64,000 bases of DNA. Source: Amphiscolops sp. MND2022 (lineage: Eukaryota). A program made the translations under genes and the position numbers. The stretch is from contig OZ076409.1 of assembly GCA_964187785.1 (NCBI GenBank), positions 90,460,001-90,524,000 on the forward strand, given 5' to 3'. The notes under the pieces are model-generated. The model ran no database searches and was not told where the DNA came from. It worked only from the letters and a program-made list of their open reading frames with translations. Below, one piece after another: positions 1 through 13,535 of this stretch (positions are counted from its first letter, which is position 1; every line of letters begins with the position of its first letter).

Positions 1-509
1 CTGTCTAATTCAGAATCGTGTCAGCTACTAAACAGCTGTCAAAGACATGACATTTAGGATTCAAGTGTTTTTTTATCAGCGTTCTGAACATGATATCAAA
101 ACTGGTCAATTACATACTCTACTCAACCAAAGTGCAATCCAAAACTTTAAAATTCACAGGACATTAGAACAACAACAATTTTTGCATAAGATAGGTTTGT
201 CTATCACGTTTTCGGACTTCTCACACCTCCAGTTAGCTTTTCCTTCCACTTTTTCCATTATGAGGTAAATCAATCACTGACACTGCAATACGAACAGCAA
301 TTTGACCAATAGGTTGAATTGATAACATTTAATTCCAATCACGAAACCGTTCAAATGGAATGGTAAAACAATGAGCTTTGAAACCAATATTAGGCGCCAT
401 TACCAATTGGATCATTTGAGTTCAGAGTGTTTCGAGTGACTTGGAAAGTTTTGGAACTCAAGATTTCAATTAATTAGAAGTTAGTTTCTCAATCTCTGGC
501 GCCAACAGT

Positions 510-2664
510 TGTGATGTATTGATGACACAAATATAATGCTCTTCATCATCCAGCAGTATTTGATGATATGCAGGTGATAAGTCAATCTTGACAAACCTTT
601 GGCCCTCTCATTGAAGTATTGTTTTCTAGTCGGGAAGCGTGTAGTCTCCAGCCATGATACTATCGTTTATAAAAAGTTCGATTTCTGCACAAAGCCTAAG
701 AGATACGTCTTTCTTCTTACGCCACACGACTGACGAGGCTTTCATGACGCCTCCTGATTCGACTTCAGAAATGATTCCTCGTGCCTGATTTTTCCCCGAA
801 TTCAACCTCGACATAGGCTTCATTATCAATTGGATTTCTCTGAGACTTTTACATCAGAATTGGACGGAAGAAGTCTCTGTCGATCAATGTGAATTTTTTC
901 TGGGACTCGACAACTGCAACGTCAACGCAATGAATTTTTCCACTGGCATCTGACATTCTGGATGACCGAAGTAAAGCATTCTGTGCCCATCGTACCCTTT
1001 ACTCCACAGCAGATTGATGGTCAATTTAAGTTGAAATAATGGTCACTGAAGAACCAGTGCGTTCTGCAGTTGAACATCATCACCATTTTTCGTGGTGATA
1101 TTAAATTCAGCATTGCTTCCAATGTGAAATTGCTCTTCTAGAGTTGCGAAAAGTTCGACATCTTTCAAAAGTTGTTCGGGCGAAGAAGGTTACCAGATTC
1201 TTGTTTTACTCAAGGATGAGAAACTGATGAGTTTAAAGTCCTTTCGTTTCCATCTTTGTTCGCGAAGCTTCTTGTTCTTTGAATATGCACATTCCGGCGA
1301 AGTGCCCTTGCATCGAAGAATCGTGAAACCTTTCTTCCTTAGGCGCTCATATTTTGGTTGAAAAAGCTTTCGTCCATTTCATCGACGCTGCTCTGGCTTC
1401 TCAGAGCGCATTAGATTTTTGTTTGTACGGCGCATTTTCCTTCAAGGAAAATTGCCCTACTATAACAGTGGCTAGTATTTTCATCAGACCACAGAATATA
1501 TGCGTAGTGGACACTTTTTACTAAACTACTAAATTACAGGACCGGCTATCGGAAACGAATCTAAAACAGAGCAAACGGTCCCCTTTCTTCAATCCCTTTT
1601 TAACGTAAGATACAAAACCGGACGAGACTAAAGGTTTCCCCCTTTGAATTTGTTTCGGCACTGAGCGACTTTTAAGAATTTTTTCTTGAAAGAGTCCTTC
1701 TTTCAAGTTTCTCGAAAACTCGGAGCAAATTGAAATTTCAAAATGCTCGAAGGTCCTCCACTTTTCAAATTTTTGTCACTATGCAAAACTATCCAAAGTT
1801 TTGACATAACATCAGGAGTAATGCGCTACATCTGAAATTCTGATCCAAAAGTTCAAATTGTATCCGAACTCTTTCGCGTCTTACTAAGGAGGTGGCAAAG
1901 TACAGGACTTTTCATGAAAATCTCCTACGCATTTTTTAAAAACTTTGCTTTTTCAGCCTTAGTAGATGCGCCGACCTTAGACGTTCCCGTCTTGTTTACT
2001 ATTGGGCAATACTTCTACGCGTATGCAACTACACTAGAACTTGACTGACAACTTGAGATCTCAGCAAATCTTTTGGCCTGGGTTCTATATTGATTAGGCT
2101 GAAGCAGTTCTTCCACCAACATGTTGTCGTTTGCTCTTTTGTTACCTCAAAGAAATAGAACTGAGATTCACAGTCTTGTAGTCAGGGCACAAATCTTATT
2201 CGATATTTGCAGCTCGAGGATCCGGATGACCTTTGATTTTCGACAAATTTGCAAAAACGCGGCTACCTGGTGCCTAGCAAGGTAGTCAATTATTGCTTCA
2301 TTACCCCTTGAGACTTCTGAATGAAACCAATGCATTCTCCAACAACCAGTCTCTCTTGTGGCTTCTTGAAATTGATGAGATCTTTGTGGATTTCTATGAA
2401 TTTCTTGTTTTCAATTGTTCTTGGCTTGATGACGAAAACACTGCGTTTTCTCAACACTTCGAAGTCGCACAGGGTCATGAAGAAATAAGTCACCTGGCCA
2501 TCTTTAGCTACAACTGCGACAGTTGGTGGTCCATTAGTTGCAGGTGTTGTGTCCATATCCATTTTAAATTTGCGCTCGAGCGCCGAACGCCTGAACCACA
2601 TAAGGGCTCGAGCGGGTTTCTTGAGGTTCAGTTCCGGTTTACTTACTAAAATTGACGGAGACAA
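510..2664 (-). pseudogene. Decayed Ty3/Gypsy LTR retrotransposon gag-pol relic, interrupted by a HINE-like repeat at ~1427-1996
   Basis: Fragments on the minus strand occur in gag-pol order. Gag-like ...KPQERLVVGE...IDYLAR lies at 2664-2250, the Zn-knuckle tail QGHFAGMC at ~1290 and the protease-like TGSSVTIIST at ~1030-1060. RT motifs SSVVWRKKKDVSLRLCA and FVKIDLSPAYHQILLD...VINT lie at ~830-510. Many stops and frameshifts; no LTRs identified. Confidence 0.75.
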
Positions 2665-3006
2665 TCCAAAAAAATACCTTCGAAAAAGTTGAGACCTAAC
2701 AGCTGAGAATCACTAAGGAAGAACTCAGTCCAAGACTCTGAAATCTCACCAATAAATTGAACTTTAACGAGTTAACATGAGTGGATCGAGGTCCGAGACT
2801 CTAATTGTTCCCCATTAGATGCCCATGTATTTCGCTTAGCCTCTCTGTTCTGCTCGTCATGTGTTCGTTTTGTTCCTTTTGTTATCATTATCTCCGTCCA
2901 GTTCGGGTAGTAATATAGGAGAACGCTGAGAACTTTGGGTTCAAGACCGCTGGATTGCTGCAAAGCGTTGTATTTCTCAACGAGAACTCTACTGCGCTAC
3001 TCTGCA

Positions 3007-3770
3007 TTGTTGTTGTTGTTGTTGTTGTTGATGTGGATTTACAGCTTTCGCTGATGGGATTGCTCCCAAATTCTTTCTAACATCTTCGTCCCCTGATTCT
3101 ACATTGTCCACAGTCGCACACCCTTAACCATGTACAAGAGTTGTCTTCGTCGAACTGGTTATTGTAGTGTCTCCACATATCGCAGAGAAGTCTGTCTTTG
3201 AGACCCATTCCGTTGCCAATGTCAAACAATTATTAACCTTGTTCACGATCTGACAATTCCTAAAGAAAAATTCGCTGCGGCTTCTCTCAGTCCGGGGGAT
3301 TCTCTCAATCCCAAGATATGAATGATTGGGCAGTCCAATTTTCTCAGCTCTTCGAAGTGACCCTGTACGTTTAGTGGGGTGGCTGTAAATAGGTCGAATT
3401 TTTCTGGTCGAAAGGACCGAGGTCGAACCTTTTGATGGAATTACAGGGATTGAATGGAATGCGGTCGAATTTTATCGTATTTGTTGTATGGCTCGGTCGC
3501 TTCGCTCCCTTCGCCAAGTAGCAACATTTAGGCATGGCCATATGGCACGTCGCTCCGCTTCGCTTCGCTCCTGCATTCAGGGCACTAGGGGTATGTGAAC
3601 ATATCTGACTACGTTATAAAAACTTCGATCCGAGTTGTTTCGATCCCATTCAAAAATTTGGAATTGTCGACCTGAGGACTAACTCTGATTTTCGATCCCG
3701 TTCCTTCGACCTATTTCCTCCCACCCCGTTTAGTGTACACTTTGCCGTATATGGGCTTCAGGCAATAAGT
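3007..3770 (-). mobile_element. 3' fragment of a non-LTR retrotransposon (LINE) with (CAA)n tail, split by the MITE at 3377-3726
   Basis: The minus strand reads, across frameshifts, RTERSRSEFFFRNC...MWRHYNNQFDEDNSCTWLRVCDCGQCR, resembling a LINE ORF2 C-terminus. A short UTR follows, then a (CAA)n tail, seen as (TTG)n at ~3007-3030. Confidence 0.5.
3377..3726. mobile_element. 350-bp MITE, Mutator-like (9-bp TSD), copy 1
   Basis: Imperfect TIRs GGGTGG....AAATAGGTCGAA / TTCGACCTATTT....CCACCC. TSD CGTTTAGTG at 3368-3376 and 3727-3735. Confidence 0.9.
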
Positions 3771-3931
3771 TCGATTTACTAATTTCGAATTTGAACCTGT
3801 GGAATAAGTTCGAAAGGAATAGTTTCGAGACACTAAGTTCGAATTTTCATATCGGGCATATCCGGTGTATTTAATGGACAATCAGAACAAACAATAAGGG
3901 AAATTCAATCCATATAGACTTTCTGAAAGCG

Positions 3932-4891
3932 AAAATATCAATGTGGGGCATTAGCGGTGCGTGCACGCTCGCCCTCACCGTCGCAAATTGATTAGCTATG
4001 ATCAGTCTTGGTTTATGTATTTACAATCGCAAATGATGGTAGAAGTGGTTCAGCATCGCGTATATTTAACACCCCGACAGGTACCTGTCAGTCACAAAAA
4101 ATGTGCGGTTTCAAGGTAAATGGTCACTTGGCTCAATGCCATCTGTCTCAGTCATTTGGCGGGTGGCTGTAAATAGGTCGAATTTTTCTGGTCGAAAGGA
4201 CTGAGGTCGAACCTCTTGATCGAATTACAGGGATCGAATGGAATACGGTCGAATTTTATCGTATTTGTTGTATGGCTCGGTCGCTTCGCTCCCTTCGCCA
4301 AGTAGCAACATTGAGGCATGGCCATATGGCACGTCGCTCCGCTTCGCTTCGCTCCTGCATTCAGGGCACTAGGGGTATGTGAACATATCTGACTACGTTA
4401 TTAAAATTTCGATCCGAGTTGTTTCGATCCCATTCAAAAATTTGATATTGTCGACCTGAGGACTAACTCTGATTTTCGATCCCGTTCCTTCGACCTATTT
4501 CCGCCCACCCTCATTTGGCTTAATACAATTGGTCACTTGGCTTAGTTTTTCTAAGCTAAGTGTCTCAGGTACTGATCTTTTGGCTTGGAGTCATTTGACT
4601 ACAATTCACTTTGTTGAAAACACTTGGCAGATATTGTCGAATTCATCTTTATAACGTAGTCAGCGTATTATTATATCATGTCATATCAAGTACCCCTCGG
4701 ATATGTCCCCATTTCCTCTAGTGCCCTGCGCCCCCTTGGGGCCGCTTATATTCCCATCTTGCTAAGCGAGGTCGAACAGGAGCAAAGACCTTGCGGGAAC
4801 GAAGATCGCGCAGCGATCGTAGTGGGAGCTGGTCTTTGCGACGGTGAGGGCGAGCGTGCATACACCGCATATGCCCCACATTATGATATTT
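3932..4891. repeat. GC-rich ~50-bp inverted repeat pair bracketing nested insertions (probable TIR element)
   Basis: AATGTGGGGCATTAGCGGTGCGTGCACGCTCGCCCTCACCGTCGCAAA (3940-3987) is the reverse complement, with a few mismatches, of 4835-4882. Confidence 0.7.
4161..4510. mobile_element. 350-bp MITE, Mutator-like (9-bp TSD), copy 2
   Basis: Near-identical to 3377-3726 but with its own TSD, TCATTTGGC, at 4152-4160 and 4511-4519. Confidence 0.9.
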
Positions 4892-5835
4892 CCGGGAGTT
4901 GACATTTTTATTCCTTGAGTTGGAATGGAGTTGGCTTAATTTTGTGGTCACTTGGCTTAGAATTTTTAAGCCAAATGACTCGACGAAAAAGTTAAGCCAA
5001 GTGACTTGTGACCGGTATCGAAGAGTTGTCTGTTGCATCGCACAAGCAGGTACATGAATGTTCTGCACAAAAGTTGCGTGTTCGATCATCTGGCAGGTAC
5101 TTGAACCGTAGGGGTCGTGGCTCACCGTTCGATCATTCCCGCCTTGCGAGGTGGATGGCAGACTTTGACAAGTTCGTTAGCCGATATACACTTGGAAATT
5201 GACTGTTGGTAACTGTGCGGTGTGATAATGTTGGTAATCTGATCGTGCTGCATTATTATTTTCGCGTTTTTCAGTTCTTGGACTCGACTCAGACAAACTG
5301 GGACCGGCGTGGACAAATCCTCGTAGTTCCGCAAACTGATTTGAAGATCTTCAATTGAACTGTACAAAGAACTGGCAGCAATCTTGAGCATGCTAACGTA
5401 GAAATAACTTCTGGTCTGGACATCAATTGTCTTATCTCTAGATCAAAACACTTCAATAAAAGTTTGTATCGCAGTATCCATCAGAAGGCACATAACAAAG
5501 GGACATCAGCGCTTCATCTAAATTAAAGCAACACATAAGACGTAAAAATGAGTGTAGAATTCATGGAGCAGAAATAGGTTGCACCAACCAATTACCTTGA
5601 GCATGGTGACAGCATGGTCTGACTACAATGACTTTTGCCGCCTCTATAGCGATTTTGAGTTGCGTAGCAAACCCTTTAAGTCTCCCCTGTGCACGGGATC
5701 GTTTGAAGGAATTTTGTTCTTGCGTTGGAATTTGTTGGAGAAAAACATGGTACTTGTAAAGTGCTCTAAATAAATACGTTGATTGTTCTTCGTAAATGTT
5801 GAAGGATGCTGATGCGATTGCCAATTTCAGAATAA

Positions 5836-8800
5836 ATGTCCAATTCGGATTTTTTTGAACATGAGCGTTTGACGACTGTCAAATCATCAGTCTTTTTCCT
5901 CTCGACGGCTGTGCTGATGGGATTGCCACTCTGGTGGTGTACCACAACAGTTTATCGTGCTGAATTGCCCATTGACGAAGTTGAGTATCTTTTGAAGCAA
6001 CCTGTCGAAGTTTCTACCAACATTTTTGTTCAGTTTGGGCTAAAAGACGCCACAAGTCAGCTTGACTTGAAAAATAGATTGCTGTCTCTATTAGACTACG
6101 ATTTGGCACTGTCGAAGTCGGAAGAAGATGATGACTGTATAACCTTCAAATATCGTGTATTAAATGCGGAAAGTTTACCAGAGGACGTGAAAGATTTTGA
6201 CGGCGAGGGGTCAGTCCATATAAAGTTGAACGATTTGGAAGAAGATATGGAGGTTAATGTGAACGAAGAAATCCCGATGTTTGTTGACATTGACAAAGCC
6301 AGAAACTTGACAACATTCTATCTTGGTAGGTCAAACACTTTCTTCCGAAAATAGTTTCCAGCAATAAATAAATTTTGCACACAAAAAAGTGTCTTGGGAA
6401 AACAAGACGGGAACGTCTCAAGTCGGCGCTACACTTCTGTCGAAACCCCAACTTCAAAAGTTCGGATATAGTTTGCTGGGCCACATGGGAGCGCTTTTTT
6501 TCGAATTTCGGCCTCTTCAGTAAAACGCAATTTACTTCGCACATATAACGTCAAATGTTCGGATAGCATTGAAAAAATTGGTGGATATATATTTAGAAAG
6601 TCTCATTTCAGAGTACAAATGAGAATTTTAAACAGTCTCATAGTGCCGGAAACATGTAAAGGGCGGGGCCTTTGGGCTTTTTGGACATCCAAGTTGTTGC
6701 AAAATATCAAGCAAATTGGATTGGGGCCTTTTGGAGACATTAAAAATTTTTCGAAAAAGTGCTGAAGAAAAATCAAAATTTAGTCTCGTCCGGTTTTGTG
6801 TTACGTTAAAAAACGAGAGAGGGAGCCCTTTCGCCAATTCAGATGCGTTTCCGGAGGCGTTCGTCTAGTTGAACAAACTGAACAAAAAAGTGTCCATTTC
6901 AGTGTGAGTCTTGCGAAAAGCGCCGACTAAAAAATAAGGTATTCCTTCTTTCTTAAAAAAATCCGGGGACAGCCCAGGCGGGTACCCACTTGAGGCTCAA
7001 AAACAAAACGAAACTATCAAAAAATCCGATTTTTATATTTTTATTAGTTTGTACTTTTTTCAATTGGGATTGCAGTGCCTTCGTCCTCGCAATATCCAAT
7101 ATATAGTTCGGGAGTAACATTAACAAGCCGGGAACGGCCCAAGTCGGCGCCATATCTAAGGCTCAAAAATAGCAAAAGGACTTCAAAGTGTCAAGTATTC
7201 TCTTCTACAGTACCCGCATGAGGAAAAAATTGAAAAAAGCCCATTTTTTCGAAGGTTTTTTCAATTTTTTTTGGTCTCCGATGAGTCGCATAGTGCCGAA
7301 AAATGTAGAATGTGACCTCAAAAAGCCTAATTAACCTCTATCTCAAGTGCCAGTAGAAGTAGTGTGGCATTTAGTGTTAGTTCAAGTCAGCTTATAAAAT
7401 CTGTCACTTCGTTGGTCTTAAAAAAAAGAAAAGTCACTACTATAGTCTGCGTTTTTCTACGAAAAAGCGCCGACTAAAAATTGGAATCTAGAGCATATCG
7501 TTATATGTTATAACAGTAAACGGCGATATTCTTCAAGCTGAAACAAAACGCGAACGTCTAAAGTCGGCGCCATATCCAAGGCTTAAAAAAACGAAAAGTG
7601 AGAATTTTTAACAGTCTCATAGTGCCGAAAAATGTAAAAGGGGGCCCTTTAGACTTTTTCAACATCCATTTAGGTGCAAAACACCAAAAAATGGAAGGGG
7701 GCTAAAGGGGCGGGTAAAGTCCCATAGCGCCGAAAAATTGGAAGGGGGACCCTTCTGGGTTTTGCATTTCAAGGTAGAGGCCTTTGGATGCGTTCAAAAT
7801 CAAGTACTGAGTACTTTTGGTAAAAGTGAATCTTTCACAAAAAGTGGTACATACGCGATGAATGAAAAGTCTGACGAAAAAAAGAAAAAAAACTAGCCAC
7901 TGTAATAGTCGGGCTCTTTTCACTAGAAAAGCGCCGACTAAAAACTGGTTCAACATTGGTTGCACTTAAGATCTTAGGTCAACTCAAAGTATGGACTTTT
8001 TCTTACTTGAAGTATTCAAAAACGCTTTATTTCTTTCAAAAAATGTTGCATAGATCCAAAAGACCCGAGCGGAATCGTTTGTGTTTGAACAAGACGGGAT
8101 CGTCTCAAGTCGGCGACATATCTAAGGCTCGAAAATTTTCAAAGAACAACTGTTGGAAACATTTGGAAAAATTATTTTCAAAAAAAAATTTTGAAAATTT
8201 TTTTTTCGAAAAAAAGTTTTTTTTTAGAAAGTCGCACAATGCCGAAAAACTCAAAAAGAGGCCATTCAGGCTCATTAAACGTTTTTACAAGCCGAAAACT
8301 TCAAAAAAATGCAAGGTGTTACCCTTTGATAGAATCCGAAAATTTTCGAAAAAAAGTCGCAAAGTGCCGAAAAAACCCAAAGGGGGGACCCTTTGGTTTC
8401 ACCTGCTGTACTTTTGGAAGCATAAAAATATTATGGTTTAGTGCGAGAATCGAACCCCCGCTCTCCGGCTTCAGAAATTTAGTCGAAGATGAACAACAGA
8501 ACAGATGAACAAATTGTAAAAAGTGGACCATTCAGAGTGAGATTGTAGGCTGAAAAAGAAAAAAAACTATCCACTGTAATAGTCGGGCTTTTTTCCTTAA
8601 GGCAAAAGGCGCCGACTAAAAACGCAATATCCTAGCTGAAAACAACAACAGCGGAGAGCCCCAAGTGAAATGAAAGTTCTCTAGTTCTCTTTTGAACAGT
8701 TGAAAACATAAAGCGTTTGGCGAGCCTAAAGCTCCTTTTTCGGCCTTATGAGACTTCTTCCGAGAAAAAATCATTTTTTTCAAAATTTGTTTTTTTTCCT

Positions 8801-10780
8801 GTTTCGAGTTGGGGAAAAGCAGTGTCTTGTGATGAATTTGATGATGAAAATTTGAATAGTTTTGCACAATTGTGTTCCTTTGGAAAATGAAAAAACTTTG
8901 CTCTTTTTGAACCTTGAGCGGGGCGCCGACTCGGGCCATTACCGGCTTGTTTAATCTTTTAGATTAGAGAGGTGTTTTGAAAGAAACTTCAGATTTCTCT
9001 TAACAAAAGTACGCTCAGTTGGTTATTAGTTATTGATTGCAAAATTAGGAGAAACAACACGGAACAGTTGGTAATTTCATTTCCCGTATATGAAACACGA
9101 GGATGGCATGTGAATTGTAATTCTGAATCCCTCTTTGATTTAGGTCATGTTTTTATTTTCACCCGTATTTTCCAATTTCACGCTCTAATTGTAGAGGTTC
9201 TTTCACAGAAAGCAACTATCATGAAAAATAGTTTCATAGCCTTTGTATTTTTCGAACTTTTTTCGAACTTTTTCGAATGAAAAACGCCAACCGAAATAGA
9301 CAAAAATGCCGAAGTTTTTCAATTTTGGGCCGTTTTATGCACATTTTGAATTAGAAACACATTTTGAAAGAAACAACTGTGGCTGAGGCTGACACCGGCG
9401 TATAAATAAAGTCTTTTGAACAAATTTTCCATCATATATCTTTTTGAATTCATTTTAGGAGACATTCGGAACGCTGATTTGGAAATACTTATCAGCCCAG
9501 TTGCTCAGTTCATAAAGAGAAACCTTGTCAGAGAAAACGTACTTCGTTCTGAGTATCGAATGGGTTTGGATAATGAAGGAAGCGATAGTTCTGCCCCTGA
9601 TTTTTCCAAGTCTAAACCTGCAAATAAAAAAGCCAATGGCAGGAGATTGAATGCGCACCGAGGAAATTACGACATCGTGTTTTCGCTAATTTTTCCGGAA
9701 ACAGATATTCTGAAAAATTACAACCTCGAATGGAACATCCAAGAAAGCATCAGTACATTTCTCATACCATTGCTTGAAAAATTTGAGAATCTTGCTGATT
9801 TTAACGTCGCTTCTCAAATAATATATCAAATGAAATTGGGTGCTAAACCAACTCTTCACTTTGATAAAAACACGATGGAAAAATATAACGTGTTTTACGA
9901 CACAGACGTGCCTCATCTTATTACTCCTATCGACAGAAAAACGGGATTCTCTTTGACAAATAGCACTGTGTTGAATCTAGTTTCATACGTCACAACAACG
10001 GCTAAAAAGAATCCCGCCGTTTTGCCATCTGATGACAACCTACCTCTATTTTTCCTTAATGAGGAAAAGGAGCTGAGAACTATGGCTTTTTATGATAATT
10101 GGGGCTGCATTCTGTTGCACAATATTGAAATGCCTGATCCGCATTCCACGGCTGAGAACGCTTCTCTTACCTCAAACGATATTGGCGGCGAAACTAACGA
10201 AAAAGCGAAGCTGCATATTGACGCCACATATCAACTGAAAGCCTTCATTCCCAACATTGGCAAGTTTTTGGGAGTTGAACCAATTCGAACATTCGGCGTG
10301 GGTGAAACCAATTTTCCTCTGCGTGAAAATGAAAATATCGAAAGTGTTGAACAATATGAATTAACGGTTGTGTCGCCTCTTCAATTAGATGTCTTATACC
10401 GCCGAAGAACTCTTCGAAATATAGCCACTGCTGTGACAACTATGCAATCGTTGATATCACTGTGCGATCACGTTAAAAACATGGTGATACGAGATGAAAT
10501 TGCAGCCAATGTTGAAGCTGCCGTTCAAGCTGTCAAGCAATCTAGAGCTTCGTTATTGGAAGGCGGCGAATCGTTACTGGAAGCATTGCGTAGCTCTTCG
10601 GTTGCCCACGATCTTGCTGAAATAGCGTTTTCGGACCCAACTATATTAGCTATGTTGTATTTCCCGGAAGATCAAAAGTATGCTATTTACGTGCCAATGT
10701 TCGTGCCTATGTCTCTCCCTCTGTGGTCTTCTATCGGAATTGTGGTTGGATATTGGAAGCTGAAGAGAGCTCGAACTTGA
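5836..10780 (+). CDS. PIGS: GPI transamidase component PIG-S (exons 5836-6325, 9459-10780)
   Basis: N-terminal MGLPLWWCTTTVYRAELP and C-terminal LYFPEDQKYAIYVPMFVP are PIG-S motifs. A phase-1 GT-AG intron (6326-9458) joins the two ORFs in frame. Confidence 0.93.
6401..8622 (-). mobile_element. Cluster of four Helentron/HINE-like non-autonomous elements in the PIG-S intron (~6401-6933, 7122-7480, 7542-7943, 8088-8622)
   Basis: On + each runs from AACAAG(A/C)CGGGA-like..AGTCGGCG to GCGCCGACTAAAAA, the reverse complement of the family consensus ends. Confidence 0.7.
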
Positions 10781-11524
10781 TCTGCGACTTTTTTGAGCTC
10801 AGTTTCAGCAAAATCATATCCGCTCAAGATACGACGCAGTAATTGCTTTAAGCAATTGGATATCGGACTTCATTGGGCGCAAAAGCTTGAACAATAAATC
10901 TTGTAAATATTGATAACTTCGAACTGATTGAATCTTTTGAGTTTGTAATGAGCTTGTATAAAATTTATTACATAAATTGATATTTGATGACTGATTTTGT
11001 TGTTCTGATTGTTGAGTATTAATGGTATTTAGAAAAGTTTAATTCAAAAACATTTCAACAAACTTTCAAGAAATTTCTGTTCTAAGGGATTTCTGTTCAT
11101 TCTGTAAAATCCTTACTGAAATTTTTGAATTACATTGTAAATTTAATGTAGGAAAAAACGAAACCAATTTGAGAAAAAGGTCACAAAGTAGTCGAAGACA
11201 GCTTTGGTAATCAACTTGACTTCAAACCAAAAGAGGAAGACTTTTGAGCACCACACCTGTTTCTAAAATATTTGTAGCTTAAATTTTGCTTCGTCTCAAT
11301 ATGACTTGGGTGACATCAACAACTGATGAAATTCGTTTTTTACAGTGAAATTTTGGGAAAAATTGGAAGTTCAACAGAGGCTGTAAGGGTCGTCGATTTC
11401 GTTTTTTTTTACTTGATCAGTCATTTCTCTAATTCCTTATTCCTTACGCGGAATAGTAACTCCGGGGTTTTTTATCAGAACCACCGGCTAATGTTTCACA
11501 CTTGGTTAATTTCAGATGTAGTTG

Positions 11525-12452
11525 ATGTACTGCTTGCAGTGGCTCATTCCGGTTCTGCTCGTGCCGAAGCCCATCGCCCCTGCCCTCCAGTTTAATCACG
11601 CCCTGTTCATGGGCTTGTACCTCATTGCCTTTTTCCTCGAAAGGAAGCCTTGTACTATATGCGCAGGTAGGTAATTATACTATGACTTTTTGGTCGTTTC
11701 TAACCATTTGTCTCCGACTTTATCATTAAGTTAACTACATTTTACTTTTTAAAAACTTTTCCTTTTCTCTCCCCAAAAAAGGCAAAAATGAACCGGGTGT
11801 ACTAGAACAATGAAGTTGTATCATGCAGCAAGATTTTGAACCCATACTGTAAGGGCAAAGTCCGAACTTTTTTGAGGTGTCAATTACGCTGCAAGTTGCA
11901 GAGTCTCCTTGCAGTTGACTATTTGATTGAGACATCCTTCAATTTCATGTTCTGAAGCCTAATAGATTCAGCAAGTCTTTTTTGAATAACGAAACGAAAT
12001 CTAATATATTGCGTCATAATACCTTGTATACCAGGCTCACAATATTAACAAATGTGTCGTATTATCTAGTACAATCTTTTGCCTATAAGAAATAGATCGT
12101 CGCCCCAATCAACTCGATTTTCGCCTATATAATGATGAAAACCACTCCACGGCTTTATTGACGTTAACTTGATTTTTTTAAAAAAATTCACCTGACATGA
12201 GATTCCCTTGGAAACCTTACACTGAATAATAATAGTTCATGTTTGGGGTCAAATACCCTGTCATGAGCGAGCGATACTTCGAAGTGATTGACCTAGTTTT
12301 GTTTGTTCACAGCCGTTTTCGTGGTGATGTTGGTGCTTCTATGTCAAAATTGCTCGTCTAATTGTGCATTCGTGTCGTGTGCAGTCGATGGCAGCAACCA
12401 GCGACATGTTCTAGCAGACACTTCGAAAGTAGTCGTCGTCTATCCCAGTTGA
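11525..12452 (+). CDS. BLCAP: Bladder cancer-associated protein BLCAP/Bc10 (exons 11525-11666, 12313-12452)
   Basis: Manual translation gives [61 protein letters not shown]..., matching the conserved BLCAP N-terminus. Phase-1 GT-AG intron. Confidence 0.93.
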
Positions 12453-13287
12453 CAGTAGTTGCAGTGAACAAACTTCTATATCACTCCTGTGTGCTTTGTT
12501 TCAATTCGTGCTCTTCCAGCATCCGCTCTTTAGTTACAATGCCCTACCCGCTCCCCCTCCCCTTTGCCCCTCGTTGGGGAAATGCATCTGAAGTTTCACC
12601 GGGGGTTGCTTCTATGATCTCTGTTGATTAATCATTATTTGTCAAATTTATGTAAGTCATTGGGAATCAGAATGAATTTATTCTAGTGAAATCTTGTTTT
12701 GCACGCGTATGGTTGGCACACGATCATTCATGGAAATTTGATTAATGCAGTAGGAAGATAGGTACTGCAGACAACTCCGGTTAATTCGGATCTTCGTTTA
12801 ATTCGTATGTATCTGAAACCCCCATTTCGCGACGACCGGTTAATTCATATTTTCAGTCGGCGTTTTCGAATAGAAAGCACGACTCTACAGTGGCTAGGTT
12901 TTTTCGTCAGTTCAACGCATTCGATCCAGTTTTTTGTGCATTTGTCAAATTCTCAACCTAGAGGCTAACCCGGATTTCAGTTCGGATATAACGTTTTCGA
13001 AGTTCGGATATAACGTTTTCAAAGTTCGGATGTTAAAAATGACAAATGGCCCCTTTCATTTTTTTTCGGCATTGTGAGCCATTTTTTCGAAATATTTTCA
13101 AGTGTCTTCAAAGGGTCCCGCTTCAATTTTTTTGATATTTTGCAAGTGAATGTATGTTTAAAAAATCCGACAGGGCGCACCAATTCGGTCAAACTTTTAG
13201 GTTTTTTTGAGTACTGTAGAAGCGAATGCTTGACACTTTGAAGTCGTCCTTTTGATATTTTTGAGCCTTAGATATGGCGCTGACTAA

Positions 13288-13535
13288 GCAGCATTTTGAC
13301 GTAAGTAGCATTTTCTGTACCTCTTAAGCAAACCAGGACTAAACGTTTTCAGCATTTGACGTAAGTAGCATTTTCTGTACCTTTTAAGCAAACCAGGACT
13401 AAACGTTTTCAGCATTTGACGTAAGTAGCATTTTCTGTACCTTTTAAGCAAACCAGGACTAAACGTTTTCAGCATTTGACGTAAGTAGCATTTTCTGTAC
13501 CTTTTAAGCAAACCAGGACTAAACTTCGTTTTCAG
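13288..13535 (+). repeat. 60-bp tandem repeat (~4 units), each unit carrying splice donor and acceptor motifs
   Basis: Unit AGCATTTGACGTAAGTAGCATTTTCTGTACCTTTTAAGCAAACCAGGACTAAACGTTTTC has a period of 60. GTAAGT occurs at 13301, 13361, 13421 and 13481. Confidence 0.95.

Noticed and set aside
5008..5824. Short ORFs upstream of PIG-S
   Set aside because: No recognisable domain or consistent exon structure.
7702..8939. Several 70-160-aa Lys/Phe-rich ORFs (also at ~25161-25945)
   Set aside because: They lie within HINE-like repeats, have no domain motifs and overlap in multiple frames.
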